Part shown: positions 19,992-28,835 of the stretch, piece by piece
Position numbering within the stretch: position 1 is the first letter of the stretch
Layout: every line of letters begins with the position of its first letter
Assembly: GCA_004555955.1 (NCBI GenBank)
Contig: SFJG01000005.1
Location: 628 to 64,627, forward strand
Reading direction: 5' to 3'
Source of the DNA: Bacteroidales bacterium
Lineage (GTDB): Bacteria; Bacteroidota; Bacteroidia; Bacteroidales; Muribaculaceae
DNA: 64,000 bases
The notes under the pieces: model-generated
What the model saw: the letters and a program-made list of their open reading frames with translations, nothing else
Database searches by the model: none
Told to the model about the DNA's origin: nothing
Program-made: the position numbers and the translations under genes

Positions 19992-20688
19992 AAAATTCCA
20001 ATCTGAATCCCTTTTGCTTCAGTTCTTCGTATTTCGCCTTGTTGAAGCGAAAGAGAAACGCCTCCTTCTTCTGCGACGGATTTACCGTCTCATCGGTCTG
20101 CTCAAGCATTTCCAGCCGCCTCATCTTGTTGTAAAAATTGCGGCGGTCGAAACGCACGTCGAGTATCGCCTCGTAGAGGTTCTGCAATTGCTTGATGGTA
20201 AACTCCTCAGGCAGCAGTTCAAATCCGACGGGTTCAAAGTGAATCTGCTGACGCAACGCCTGCTCCGCCTTGCGAAGAATTTGGTCGTGGTCGAACGCCA
20301 ACTGCGGCACTTCGTCGAGCGCAAACCAGCCGGCATCGGCTGCATCATCGCCACCTTTCACCTCTTGCAACCGCACCAACGCATAGTAGGCAATGGTGAT
20401 AACACGTTCACGCGGGTCGCGATGCGGAGCGGTGAAAGTGTGAAACTGCCGAATGTATGCCCCCTTCAAGCCGGTCTCTTCCTGCAACTCTCGAAGCGCT
20501 CCTGTTTCGGCACATTCGTCCATCCTGAGAAATCCGCCCGGCAAAGCCCATCGTCCCTTGTAAGGCTCAATGCCGCGCTCCACTAAAAGAACTCTCAACT
20601 TCGTGCCGTCAAAGCCGAATATAACACAGTCGGTCGTTACACTCGGATGCGGATACTTGTAATGATATTTATATTCTTCGTCCATCAC
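19990..20688 (-). CDS. Nudix hydrolase fused to a C-terminal winged-helix domain (NrtR-like architecture)
   Basis: Intact Nudix box GGFLRMDECAETGALRELQEETGL. The C-terminal ~80 aa (FTIKQLQNLYEAILDVRFDRRNFYNKMRRLEML) resemble the NrtR wHTH. Confidence 0.8.
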   Translation of the reverse strand: MMDEEYKYHYKYPHPSVTTDCVIFGFDGTKLRVLLVERGIEPYKGRWALPGGFLRMDECAETGALRELQEETGLKGAYIRQFHTFTAPHRDPRERVITIAYYALVRLQEVKGGDDAADAGWFALDEVPQLAFDHDQILRKAEQALRQQIHFEPVGFELLPEEFTIKQLQNLYEAILDVRFDRRNFYNKMRRLEMLEQTDETVNPSQKKEAFLFRFNKAKYEELKQKGFRLEF

Positions 20689-20696
20689 ATTTTATT

Positions 20697-21089
20697 TTAT
20701 TTATTTAAACAACAAACAAACCCACGCGGCAAAATGACGTTCTCCACATCGATAGCATCCGCAAAAAGCGGAGCAATATCCTTATCGCGAAATCCGGCAA
20801 TGCCGCAACCGATTCGCGTTACAAGAAACGTAAGCTCCCTATGCTCCTTAGCAAAACGAATAAAGTCGTCGACGTAGGGCTTGATAGTATTCACGCCGCC
20901 TTGCATCGTCGGGATGGCATACGTTCTGCCGTACAGCCCCACGCCCTTGCCCCATTCAGCGCCAAATTGGCGAAAAGCCAGTCGCGCAGCACCGCCGCCG
21001 TGCATACCCGCAAGATTGCTGCCAAACACGAAAATCTCATTCGCTGCCAGCTCCGAAATCATATCGGGAGTAAATCTTCTATTATACAT
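20697..21089 (-). CDS. Rossmann-like nucleotide-binding/processing protein (LOG/DprA/SLOG-like; resembles what I recall as the 'A1S_2505-like' family)
   Basis: The start was re-picked at the ATG at 21089 (MYNRRF...). The listed ORF begins at an upstream TTG. The motif IFVFGSNLAGMHGGGAARLA...GRTYAIPT...VTRIGCGIAGF is present. The stop lies 8 nt before the Nudix start. The family name comes from memory only. Confidence 0.5.
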   Translation of the reverse strand: MYNRRFTPDMISELAANEIFVFGSNLAGMHGGGAARLAFRQFGAEWGKGVGLYGRTYAIPTMQGGVNTIKPYVDDFIRFAKEHRELTFLVTRIGCGIAGFRDKDIAPLFADAIDVENVILPRGFVCCLNK

Positions 21090-21151
21090 AATAACTTTTA
21101 CATTTAAAAACCACATACATAACCGCCCGATGCTAACACAACAAAGGCGAA

Positions 21152-21222
21152 ATGTAAATTTTACACCACAAAGAAAAGACAAAAAAATCAATAATACAAA
21201 TAATCACGCGTAAAATTTACGC
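21152..21222. promoter_or_regulatory. Two related palindromes (GTAAA-N-TTTAC core) upstream of the SLOG-like/Nudix-wHTH operon; candidate operators
   Basis: TGTAAATTTTACA at 21153-21165 and GCGTAAAATTTACGC at 21208-21222 lie 64-133 nt upstream of the ATG at 21089. Confidence 0.3.
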
Positions 21223-21412
21223 AAAACACAAAATTCAACTATAAGTACCGGCAAAAAACAAGCTTCATCAAAAAAACGGGTCATATAACTCACATATTTT
21301 AAGCGCAAAATCCATCGTTTTTTTGTAACCGTTTCATTTTCACGTTGGGGATTGTGAATAATTGAATTGTTTTGAGTAACTTTACAATTCGAAAATAAAA
21401 CGACTCAAAAAT

Positions 21413-22390
21413 ATGAAAAAGGTATTGGTAACCGGAGCAGATGGCTTTATCGGTTCGCATCTGACCGAAATGTTGCTCGCTGAGGGCTACGAAGTGCGTG
21501 CGCTGAGCGTGTATAACTCGTTTAACTATTGGGGCTGGCTCGACGGGCTGCGCCACGAGCGTTTGGAAGTGGTGTGCGGCGATGTTCGCGACCCGAATTT
21601 CTGCCGAGAAGCGGCACGCGGTTGCGACACGATATTCCATCTGGCGGCGCTGATAGCCATACCGTATAGTTACGTAGCACCCGACAGTTATGTCGATACC
21701 AACATCAAGGGCACGCTAAACATTTGCCAAGCGGCGCGCGATTGTGGCGTACGGCGCGTGATTGTAACATCGACATCGGAGGTCTACGGCACAGCGCGCT
21801 ATGTGCCTATAGATGAGGCGCATCCGCGGCAACCGCAGTCGCCTTATTCCGCAACGAAAATCGGTGCCGATGCCATAGCGAAGAGTTTCTACAATGCGTT
21901 TGAATTGCCGGTGGTAATTGCGCGTCCATTCAATACCTACGGTCCGCGTCAGAGTGCTCGTGCGATTATACCGACAATTATCACGCAGATTGCCAACGGC
22001 GTTCGCGAGATTCATGTGGGCGACCTCACGCCGACGCGCGACTTCAACTATGTGAAAGACACCTGCCGCGGATTTATTGCGCTTGCGCTTGCTGAAGGCG
22101 TTGAAGGTGAGGAGATTAACATCTGCTCAAAGAGTGAGATTTCTATGAAAGACACCCTTCAACTCATTGCGCAACTTATGGAAGCCGACGTTACATGGGT
22201 GCAGGATGCAGAGCGAATTCGGCCGAAAAATTCCGAGGTGTTCCGCTTGTTTGGCGACAACACGAAGATATGCAGTTTGACAGATTGGCGCCCGCAATAC
22301 AGCATTGCAGACGGGTTGCGCGAAACGATTGCGTGGTTCAGCAATCCCGACAATTTGGCGAAATATAAATATGACATCTACAACCGATGA
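21413..22390 (+). CDS. NAD-dependent sugar-nucleotide epimerase/dehydratase (extended SDR)
   Basis: VTGADGFIGSHL glycine-rich loop and the catalytic YSATK (YxxxK). The protein is 325 aa. Confidence 0.85.
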   Translation: MKKVLVTGADGFIGSHLTEMLLAEGYEVRALSVYNSFNYWGWLDGLRHERLEVVCGDVRDPNFCREAARGCDTIFHLAALIAIPYSYVAPDSYVDTNIKGTLNICQAARDCGVRRVIVTSTSEVYGTARYVPIDEAHPRQPQSPYSATKIGADAIAKSFYNAFELPVVIARPFNTYGPRQSARAIIPTIITQIANGVREIHVGDLTPTRDFNYVKDTCRGFIALALAEGVEGEEINICSKSEISMKDTLQLIAQLMEADVTWVQDAERIRPKNSEVFRLFGDNTKICSLTDWRPQYSIADGLRETIAWFSNPDNLAKYKYDIYNR

Positions 22391-23328
22391 GCGAGCGAGT
22401 CAATGTGTTGATGCTTGGCGGAGCCAAGCGCGTGTCGCTGGCGCGTCTGCTCAAGTCGGCGGGTAGCCGCTTGGGTATTGATGTGAGCATAGTCAGTTAC
22501 GAGATAGTGCCGGAGGTGCCGATAGCGTCGGAGGGCGAAGTTGTTGTGGGACTGCGTTGGCGCGATGCCGGCATCTATGACAGCCTGGCGCAGGTCATTT
22601 CGGAGCGAGATATCAACGTTGTTTTGCCGTTTGTCGACGGCGCTATTGAGATATGCTCGGCGCTTCGTCGACGTCATCCCGACGTGTTTATTCCGGTGAG
22701 CGACTTCGAGGTGGCGCATAAGATGTTCGACAAGGCGGAAGCGGCTCGCGTCTTTGCCACGCACGGGTTCGACATTCCTGCGACGTACGACGGCAACGAC
22801 TGTCGCTTTCCCGCAATTTTGAAGCCCCGCGAAGGTTCGGCTTCGCGCGGCATCGTCGTTGCTCGCACGGCGAAAGACCTTGCCGAGGCGGGCGATTTGA
22901 GCCGATATCTTGTTCAGGAATATATAGAAAATGCCGACGAATACACTGTTGACTGCTACGTTTCGACTGTCAGTGGGCGCGTTGCATGTGCCGTGCCGCG
23001 GCTCCGTATTTCGACGTCGGGAGGGGAAGTCGACCGCACGGAAACGCGCCGCATTCCGACTCTTATGCAACAGTCGGAGCACATTCTTACCGAGTTAAAG
23101 TTTCGCGGCCCCATAACGCTGCAATTCTTACACGATAAGGCGACCGACCGCTATCTGCTGATGGAGATAAATCCGCGCCTCGGCGGCGGCGTGGTTTGCT
23201 CAATACATGCCGGCGCCGACATTGCCGAAATGATACTTCGCGAAAGTCGAGGTGAAGAGGCTCGTCGCATCGATGATTGGCGCGACCGCGCACTGATGAC
23301 GCGCTATTTTGCCGAGGTAATGTTTTGA
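22387..23328 (+). CDS. ATP-grasp domain ligase (CarB-short/PylC-like)
   Basis: KPREGSASRGI, QEYI...EYTVDCY and LMEINPRLGGG are ATP-grasp hallmarks. The start overlaps the SDR stop (ATGA). Confidence 0.8.
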   Translation: MSERVNVLMLGGAKRVSLARLLKSAGSRLGIDVSIVSYEIVPEVPIASEGEVVVGLRWRDAGIYDSLAQVISERDINVVLPFVDGAIEICSALRRRHPDVFIPVSDFEVAHKMFDKAEAARVFATHGFDIPATYDGNDCRFPAILKPREGSASRGIVVARTAKDLAEAGDLSRYLVQEYIENADEYTVDCYVSTVSGRVACAVPRLRISTSGGEVDRTETRRIPTLMQQSEHILTELKFRGPITLQFLHDKATDRYLLMEINPRLGGGVVCSIHAGADIAEMILRESRGEEARRIDDWRDRALMTRYFAEVMF

Positions 23329-23333
23329 CCCTA

Positions 23334-24560
23334 TCAGCGAAGGCGATTGCGGAGGAAGTGTTTAGACGTGAACGCCAAGTAGGCAATCAACCCGACAACA
23401 CACAGGCAAAGGCAGAGCCGATAGACCGTGTGATAGCTCGTCGCTTCGGCAAGATATCCCGCGAAGAAAATGCCGATTCCGGCGCCGACGTCCCACGACG
23501 TCAGGTAGGTTGAATTGGCTGTGCCGCGGCGGCTGTTGGGTGCCAAGTTGATAAACATCGACTGATACGACGGGCACATCGTTCCATAGCCGATGCCGAT
23601 GATGATTGCCGAGAGGTAGAAGCCGAAGTTGCAGCGCCATTCAGTGAAGAGCACAAATCCGAGAGTTACGAGAGCCATGCCGGTCTTGACGCACCGCACG
23701 ATTTTGCCGTCGCGGACGAGTTTGTTTGTGGCAATTCGCGAGGCGATAAGTCCTGCTGCGAGCAGCAGAAAGTAGACACCCGAGCCGGCATAGATGCCTA
23801 ATTCCGTTTTGCCGTAGATAGCCAAGTAGGTGGTAAGCGTAGCGCTCGAGAAGGCAAATGTGGTAAGCGTGATGCCTTCGGGAAGACTGTTGTGGAGGAA
23901 GAAACGGTCGAGCGAGAGAGTTGTGTCGGGCTTGACCACGGCGCGCGGCTTGTTGCGAACCATTGTCAGGCATACAACACCAAGTAGAGTGGCAACGAAG
24001 GGCACGGCGAACACGATGTGTATATTGTCGACGCGACTATACATTGCCAGCGCCACCGAAGGGCCGATAGCCATGGCGAGGTTGTTGCTAATGCCATAGT
24101 AGCCAATACCTTCGCTGCGGCGCGACGACGGAAGCACGTCGATGGCAACCGTGCTGTTCGACACCGAAGTGGCGCCGAAAGCCAAGCCTTGCAGCACGCG
24201 GACTATGGCAAAAGCCAAAACGGTGCTGACAGCGATATAGCCGATGTTGAGGAGCGTGTAGGCGCCGTAGCAGAACAGCAGCACTTTCTTGCGTGGTAGG
24301 CTGTCGACGATGTATCCGCTGAAGGGGCGGATGAAGAGTGCGGAGATGATGAATCCGCTCATCACTTGTCCGATTACGCTACGGTCGGCTCCACAATGCT
24401 CCGCAAGATAAATAGGCAAGATGGGGAGTATGTTGTTAAACGAGAAAAAGAGTAGAAAATTTGCTACCATCACCAGACAATAGTTGCGATTCCACAACTT
24501 GTCGCCCGGCGTTTCGACTATATACGGGTCGAAATCGTTTTCTGTTTTATTGCTATCCAT
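23334..24560 (-). CDS. MFS transporter
   Basis: About 12 predicted TM helices. The start was re-picked at MDSNKTENDF (ATG at 24560) to avoid overlap with TatD. Confidence 0.85.
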   Translation of the reverse strand: MDSNKTENDFDPYIVETPGDKLWNRNYCLVMVANFLLFFSFNNILPILPIYLAEHCGADRSVIGQVMSGFIISALFIRPFSGYIVDSLPRKKVLLFCYGAYTLLNIGYIAVSTVLAFAIVRVLQGLAFGATSVSNSTVAIDVLPSSRRSEGIGYYGISNNLAMAIGPSVALAMYSRVDNIHIVFAVPFVATLLGVVCLTMVRNKPRAVVKPDTTLSLDRFFLHNSLPEGITLTTFAFSSATLTTYLAIYGKTELGIYAGSGVYFLLLAAGLIASRIATNKLVRDGKIVRCVKTGMALVTLGFVLFTEWRCNFGFYLSAIIIGIGYGTMCPSYQSMFINLAPNSRRGTANSTYLTSWDVGAGIGIFFAGYLAEATSYHTVYRLCLCLCVVGLIAYLAFTSKHFLRNRLR

Positions 24561-24561
24561 T

Positions 24562-25332
24562 TTAAATATCGATATCGAAAAAACGTTGGGCGTTGGCGTC
24601 GGTTCGCGCCGACACTTCGTCGATGGTCGTGCCGAGAAGTTCTGCAATCTTAGCCGCGATGTGCGGGATATAAGCGCTCTCGTTTCGGCGTCCGCGGAAG
24701 GGGACGGGCGTTAGATAGGGGCAATCTGTTTCGAGGAGAATTCGGTCGAGCCCGATTGCAGGCAAGACGTCGCCGAGTTTGGAATTTTTGAACGTGACGA
24801 TACCGTTGATGCCGAAAAGGAAGTCACCGCGGCGGCGAATAGCCTCAACGTCGTCGACGGTTCCGCCAAAGCTGTGGAACACACATTTGGGCAACGTTCC
24901 GCCGTAGTTGTCGAACGTCCACAAAATTTCGTCAAGCCCTTCGCGGCAATGGATGATTACCGGCAAGCCGGTGCGTTCAGCCCAACGGAGTTGTTCGTCG
25001 AACACCTCGATTTGCTCGTTTCGGTAGGTCTTGTCCCAGTAAAGGTCGATGCCCACTTCGCCTACGGCAACGAAGCCGCCACGGTCGAAAATCGCCTTTA
25101 CGGCAGCCAAATCGCTGCGGAAGTTTTCGCCTACGGAGGTTGGGTGAAGCCCCATTGCAACCGAGGTGTATGCCGGGAAGGCACGGTGCAACGCCATCAT
25201 CGGTTCGACGGTGTCGAGGTCGACGTTGGGCAGCACCAAGTGGCGCACACCGGCTTGGCGTGCGCGAGCAACCACATCGCTGCGGTCGGCATCGAATTCT
25301 TCAAGATAGATATGCGAATGAGAGTCAATCAT
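24562..25332 (-). CDS. TatD-family metal-dependent hydrolase
   Basis: N-terminal DSHSHIY. The protein is a 256-aa TIM-barrel hydrolase pattern with CVFHSFGG and ETDCPYL. Confidence 0.9.
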   Translation of the reverse strand: MIDSHSHIYLEEFDADRSDVVARARQAGVRHLVLPNVDLDTVEPMMALHRAFPAYTSVAMGLHPTSVGENFRSDLAAVKAIFDRGGFVAVGEVGIDLYWDKTYRNEQIEVFDEQLRWAERTGLPVIIHCREGLDEILWTFDNYGGTLPKCVFHSFGGTVDDVEAIRRRGDFLFGINGIVTFKNSKLGDVLPAIGLDRILLETDCPYLTPVPFRGRRNESAYIPHIAAKIAELLGTTIDEVSARTDANAQRFFDIDI

Positions 25333-26306
25333 CGTTTGCGCCCCATTAACGATTCGGCGAATGCTTCAAAGAAGGCGATAGCCTCGTCGGAAAGCCCCGA
25401 GCCTTGAAGGCTTTGGCGTGCGCGCGAGTCGTAGTCGGCAATTGCTTCACGGCAGAGTCGGTCGACGCCGAGACGGTCGTAGATGGCTGTTATGGCGGCA
25501 ATTTTCTCACCCGGGAACGGATGCGAAGCATTCAGCCAGCTGTTGAGTTCCGCTTTCGTGTCGCCTTCCGCCAGGTTGATAGCGTTGATGAGCAAGAAAG
25601 TTTTCTTGTTGTTGAGGATGTCGCCACCGATTGCTTTGCCGAACACTTTCGGGTCGCCGTAGACGTCGAGCATATCGTCTTGCAATTGGAAGGCGACGCC
25701 TAGATTCATAGCGAAGTCGTAGAGCGCTTGCGAGCGACTGCTGTCGGCATTGCCCATAACGGCTCCGATTTTGCATGCAGCGCCGAGGAGAACCGACGTC
25801 TTGAGACGAATCATGTTGACATAGTCGTCGATGCCGACGTTGTCGCGATTTTCGAACATCATATCGTATTGCTGACCCTCGTAGACCTCGATTGCAGCGC
25901 GATTGAAGATTCGGAGCAATTCGACAGCCTTTTGCGGCTCAACATTTTCGACCACCTTCTCTACGGCGAGCGTGAGCAGGGTGTCGCCTGAGAGAATGGC
26001 GGTATTGTCGTCCCATTTAGCGCAAACAGTAGGTTTGCCGCGGCGCAAGTCAGCGCGGTCCATCACGTCGTCGTGGAAGAGCGTAAAATTGTGGTACATT
26101 TCGATGGCGGCGGCTTGGCTGAGAGCCTTTTCGGCGTCGCCGCCAACAGCCTCGCACGATGCCAGCAGCAGTGCCGGACGCAGCAATTTACCACCGTTCG
26201 AAAGGCCGTAAGCAATAGGTTCGTAGAGCCCTTCCGGTGAGGTTGGCAAGGTCAGAGCGGCTACGGCAGCTTTGGCAAGAGTAATATAATCTTCAATCGT
26301 TCTCAT
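25329..26306 (-). CDS. Polyprenyl diphosphate synthase (trans-IPPS)
   Basis: First Asp-rich motif FHDDVMDRADLRRG and second motif QDDMLD. Confidence 0.9.
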   Translation of the reverse strand: MRTIEDYITLAKAAVAALTLPTSPEGLYEPIAYGLSNGGKLLRPALLLASCEAVGGDAEKALSQAAAIEMYHNFTLFHDDVMDRADLRRGKPTVCAKWDDNTAILSGDTLLTLAVEKVVENVEPQKAVELLRIFNRAAIEVYEGQQYDMMFENRDNVGIDDYVNMIRLKTSVLLGAACKIGAVMGNADSSRSQALYDFAMNLGVAFQLQDDMLDVYGDPKVFGKAIGGDILNNKKTFLLINAINLAEGDTKAELNSWLNASHPFPGEKIAAITAIYDRLGVDRLCREAIADYDSRARQSLQGSGLSDEAIAFFEAFAESLMGRKR

Positions 26307-26318
26307 ATGGCGTAAATG

Positions 26319-27008
26319 TTAGAATTTTATCTTAGTAATATAGTTGCATGCCGGGTCGGCGGCAAGGAGTCGGCGGCTTAAAGCGCCGGTGAGTTGCTCA
26401 TATTGAGTTTTGTCGTAGAGCGTGCGAAGCACGGCGAGTCGCGCATTGACATCGGCAGCAGCCTCGTCGGAACCACGACGCGTCACGATGTCGTCCGCCA
26501 TCACTTCGCCGAGGCTTACGGGCGTCGACACTGCAACGTAGATTTTCATCTGCCGTTCGATGGGCAGACTATCGATTCGCGCTTGGTAGGCAGCATTGAA
26601 AATCGCAAAATCGTCGATTCTGCCGACAGCATCGTAGAGATAGCGTACGGTTCCGAGCGTAGTTATAAACACGTTGAGCGGCTCGTCGTCGGCATCGATG
26701 AGCATATCGGCAAGCCGTTCGCCGAGTTGCTTTGGCAGTTCGGCAACGACGCGTATTGCCATATTTGCCGTATCGATTTGCTCGTCGCCGAAGCTTGCAA
26801 GACTTTTGCGTCGCTCGAGTGCGTGCTCGGGGTCGGCAGCCAGATCGGCTTGGAATGTGCTGTCGACGACGGCAAGCGTAGCCATATCGCCGGAAACGAC
26901 AGCGTGATTGATTTGCTCGGCAACGGATTTGCTTTCTTTTTTGTATTTAGAGCAAGCCGTGGTTGCCAAGACAAGAAGTAGGATTGCGAATGACGTAAGC
27001 GCTTTCAT
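26319..27008 (-). CDS. Hypothetical lipoprotein
   Basis: The start was re-picked at MKALTSFAILLLVLATTAC (lipobox-like). No family was recognised. Confidence 0.6.
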   Translation of the reverse strand: MKALTSFAILLLVLATTACSKYKKESKSVAEQINHAVVSGDMATLAVVDSTFQADLAADPEHALERRKSLASFGDEQIDTANMAIRVVAELPKQLGERLADMLIDADDEPLNVFITTLGTVRYLYDAVGRIDDFAIFNAAYQARIDSLPIERQMKIYVAVSTPVSLGEVMADDIVTRRGSDEAAADVNARLAVLRTLYDKTQYEQLTGALSRRLLAADPACNYITKIKF

Positions 27009-27012
27009 TGTT

Positions 27013-27582
27013 TTAAATATAACCAAGGTGTTCGAGCAAAATTTTTGTACCAATGCCGATGAGCACCACCCCACCCACTGCTTCCATAGGAAAACGGAAT
27101 TTGTTGCCTACATAAGCGCCGATAGCCGAGCCTGCCAGGGCGAACAAAAACGAGCCGAGTCCGATGATTGCTACAGCTTCGAAGAGTTGCAACAAGTCCA
27201 TATTGATAAAAGCGAAGGTCAACCCTACCGCCAAGGCGTCGATGCTTGTCGCCACACTGAGGGTGAGGATTACGCGCCAACTGTTTGGGTCGAACGTTTT
27301 ATGGTCTTCGTCGCGAAAGCCTTCGACAATCATTCGGATGCCGAGAAAAACGAGCAGCCCGAATGCAAGCCAATGGTCGAAGTCGCGGATAAGATTGCTC
27401 AGCGAATAACCGAACGACCAACCCAGAAGCGGCATTAATGCTTGGAAGAGTCCGAACATCAACCCCATGCGTAAGAACGTGCGGCGGTCGAATCGTCGCA
27501 TGGCGACGCCCGCTGCGAGGCTTACAGAGAAGCAATCCATCGCCAAACTAATAGAAAGCAGTATTAAGGCAAGCAGTCCCAT
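27013..27582 (-). CDS. mntP: Manganese efflux pump MntP
   Basis: [25 protein letters not shown]... with a duplicated DUF204-type TM repeat. The ATG overlaps the proA stop (TAATG). Confidence 0.85.
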   Translation of the reverse strand: MGLLALILLSISLAMDCFSVSLAAGVAMRRFDRRTFLRMGLMFGLFQALMPLLGWSFGYSLSNLIRDFDHWLAFGLLVFLGIRMIVEGFRDEDHKTFDPNSWRVILTLSVATSIDALAVGLTFAFINMDLLQLFEAVAIIGLGSFLFALAGSAIGAYVGNKFRFPMEAVGGVVLIGIGTKILLEHLGYI

Positions 27583-28832
27583 TAACTATTGCGAATCTGT
27601 CCGTTGCCGGAAATGATGTATTTATAAGTAGTAAGTTCGGGCAAAGCCATCGGACCGCGCGCGTGCAACTTTTGCGTAGATATGCCGATTTCGGCGCCGA
27701 AGCCGAATTGTCCGCCATCGGTAAACGACGTAGGCAGGTTGGTGTAGACGCAAGCGGCGTCGACTTCGCGAGCAAAGCGTTCGCAAGCCTCGGGAGACTC
27801 GGCAACGATACTTTCGCTGTGTTTCGACGAATAGGTAGCGATGTGTTTGAGCGCGGCATCCATACCATCGACGGTCACGACACACATCTTGTAGTCGAGA
27901 TATTCGTGCCCGAGGTCGCCGTCGTTGGCGCGCTCAAGCAGTTGATATTTGCCCTTGGCAGCTTCGTAGGCTTGCGAGTCGGCAAAGACTTCGACACCGC
28001 GTTCGAGCATGGGAGCCAGTAGGTCGGGAAGGTCCGATAAGCGGCTGCGGTCGATAAGAAGACAGTCGAGCGCGTTGCACACGCTGACGCGTCGCGTCTT
28101 GGCGTTAAACACGATGGCGCGGCCTTTTTCGAGGTCGCCCGACGAATGGAAGTAGCAATGGCACACGCCGGCGCCGGTTTCGATGACCGGAACGAGAGCG
28201 TTGTCGCGCACCATTTTTATCAGTCGGCTGCTACCACGAGGTATCACCAAATCGATGTAGCCGACAGCTTGAAGCATTTGTCGCGTCGTTTCGTGGTCGG
28301 CATCGAGGAGCGTAGCGCAGTCTTCTGGAAAATTATGTTCGGCGAGCACGCGTCGAATGAGTGCAATTGCGGCTTGGTTGGAGTGGATAGCATCAGACCC
28401 ACCCTTGAGCACGCAGGCGTTGCCGCTTTTCAGGCAAAGCGAGAAAACGTCGAACGTCACGTTCGGGCGAGCCTCATAGATAACGCCGATAACGCCGAAA
28501 GGCACGCTCACCTTGCGAATGTGCATGCCGTTAGGTTGTGTCCATTCTCGAAGAGTGACGCCTAATGGCGACTCCAGAGTTGCAACTTTGCGCATATCGT
28601 CGGCTATACCGTGGAGGCGTTCCTCGGTGAGACGAAGACGGTCGTATTTCGGGTCTGCCTTGTCCATCGCGTTGAGGTCGGCGACGTTAGCAAGAAGCAG
28701 GTCGTCTATATTGTTGTCGATGGCATCAGCAACAGCGTTGAGCACAGCGTTGATTTGTCCATCGTCGACGAGGTTGAGTCGGCGCGACGCTTCTCGCGAT
28801 TTTTCCAATAAAGTTTTCAGTTCGTTGTTCAT
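27582..28832 (-). CDS. proA: Gamma-glutamyl phosphate reductase
   Basis: 416-aa aldehyde-dehydrogenase-like protein, typical ProA sequence, adjacent to proB. Confidence 0.95.
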   Translation of the reverse strand: MNNELKTLLEKSREASRRLNLVDDGQINAVLNAVADAIDNNIDDLLLANVADLNAMDKADPKYDRLRLTEERLHGIADDMRKVATLESPLGVTLREWTQPNGMHIRKVSVPFGVIGVIYEARPNVTFDVFSLCLKSGNACVLKGGSDAIHSNQAAIALIRRVLAEHNFPEDCATLLDADHETTRQMLQAVGYIDLVIPRGSSRLIKMVRDNALVPVIETGAGVCHCYFHSSGDLEKGRAIVFNAKTRRVSVCNALDCLLIDRSRLSDLPDLLAPMLERGVEVFADSQAYEAAKGKYQLLERANDGDLGHEYLDYKMCVVTVDGMDAALKHIATYSSKHSESIVAESPEACERFAREVDAACVYTNLPTSFTDGGQFGFGAEIGISTQKLHARGPMALPELTTYKYIISGNGQIRNS

Positions 28833-28835
28833 TTT

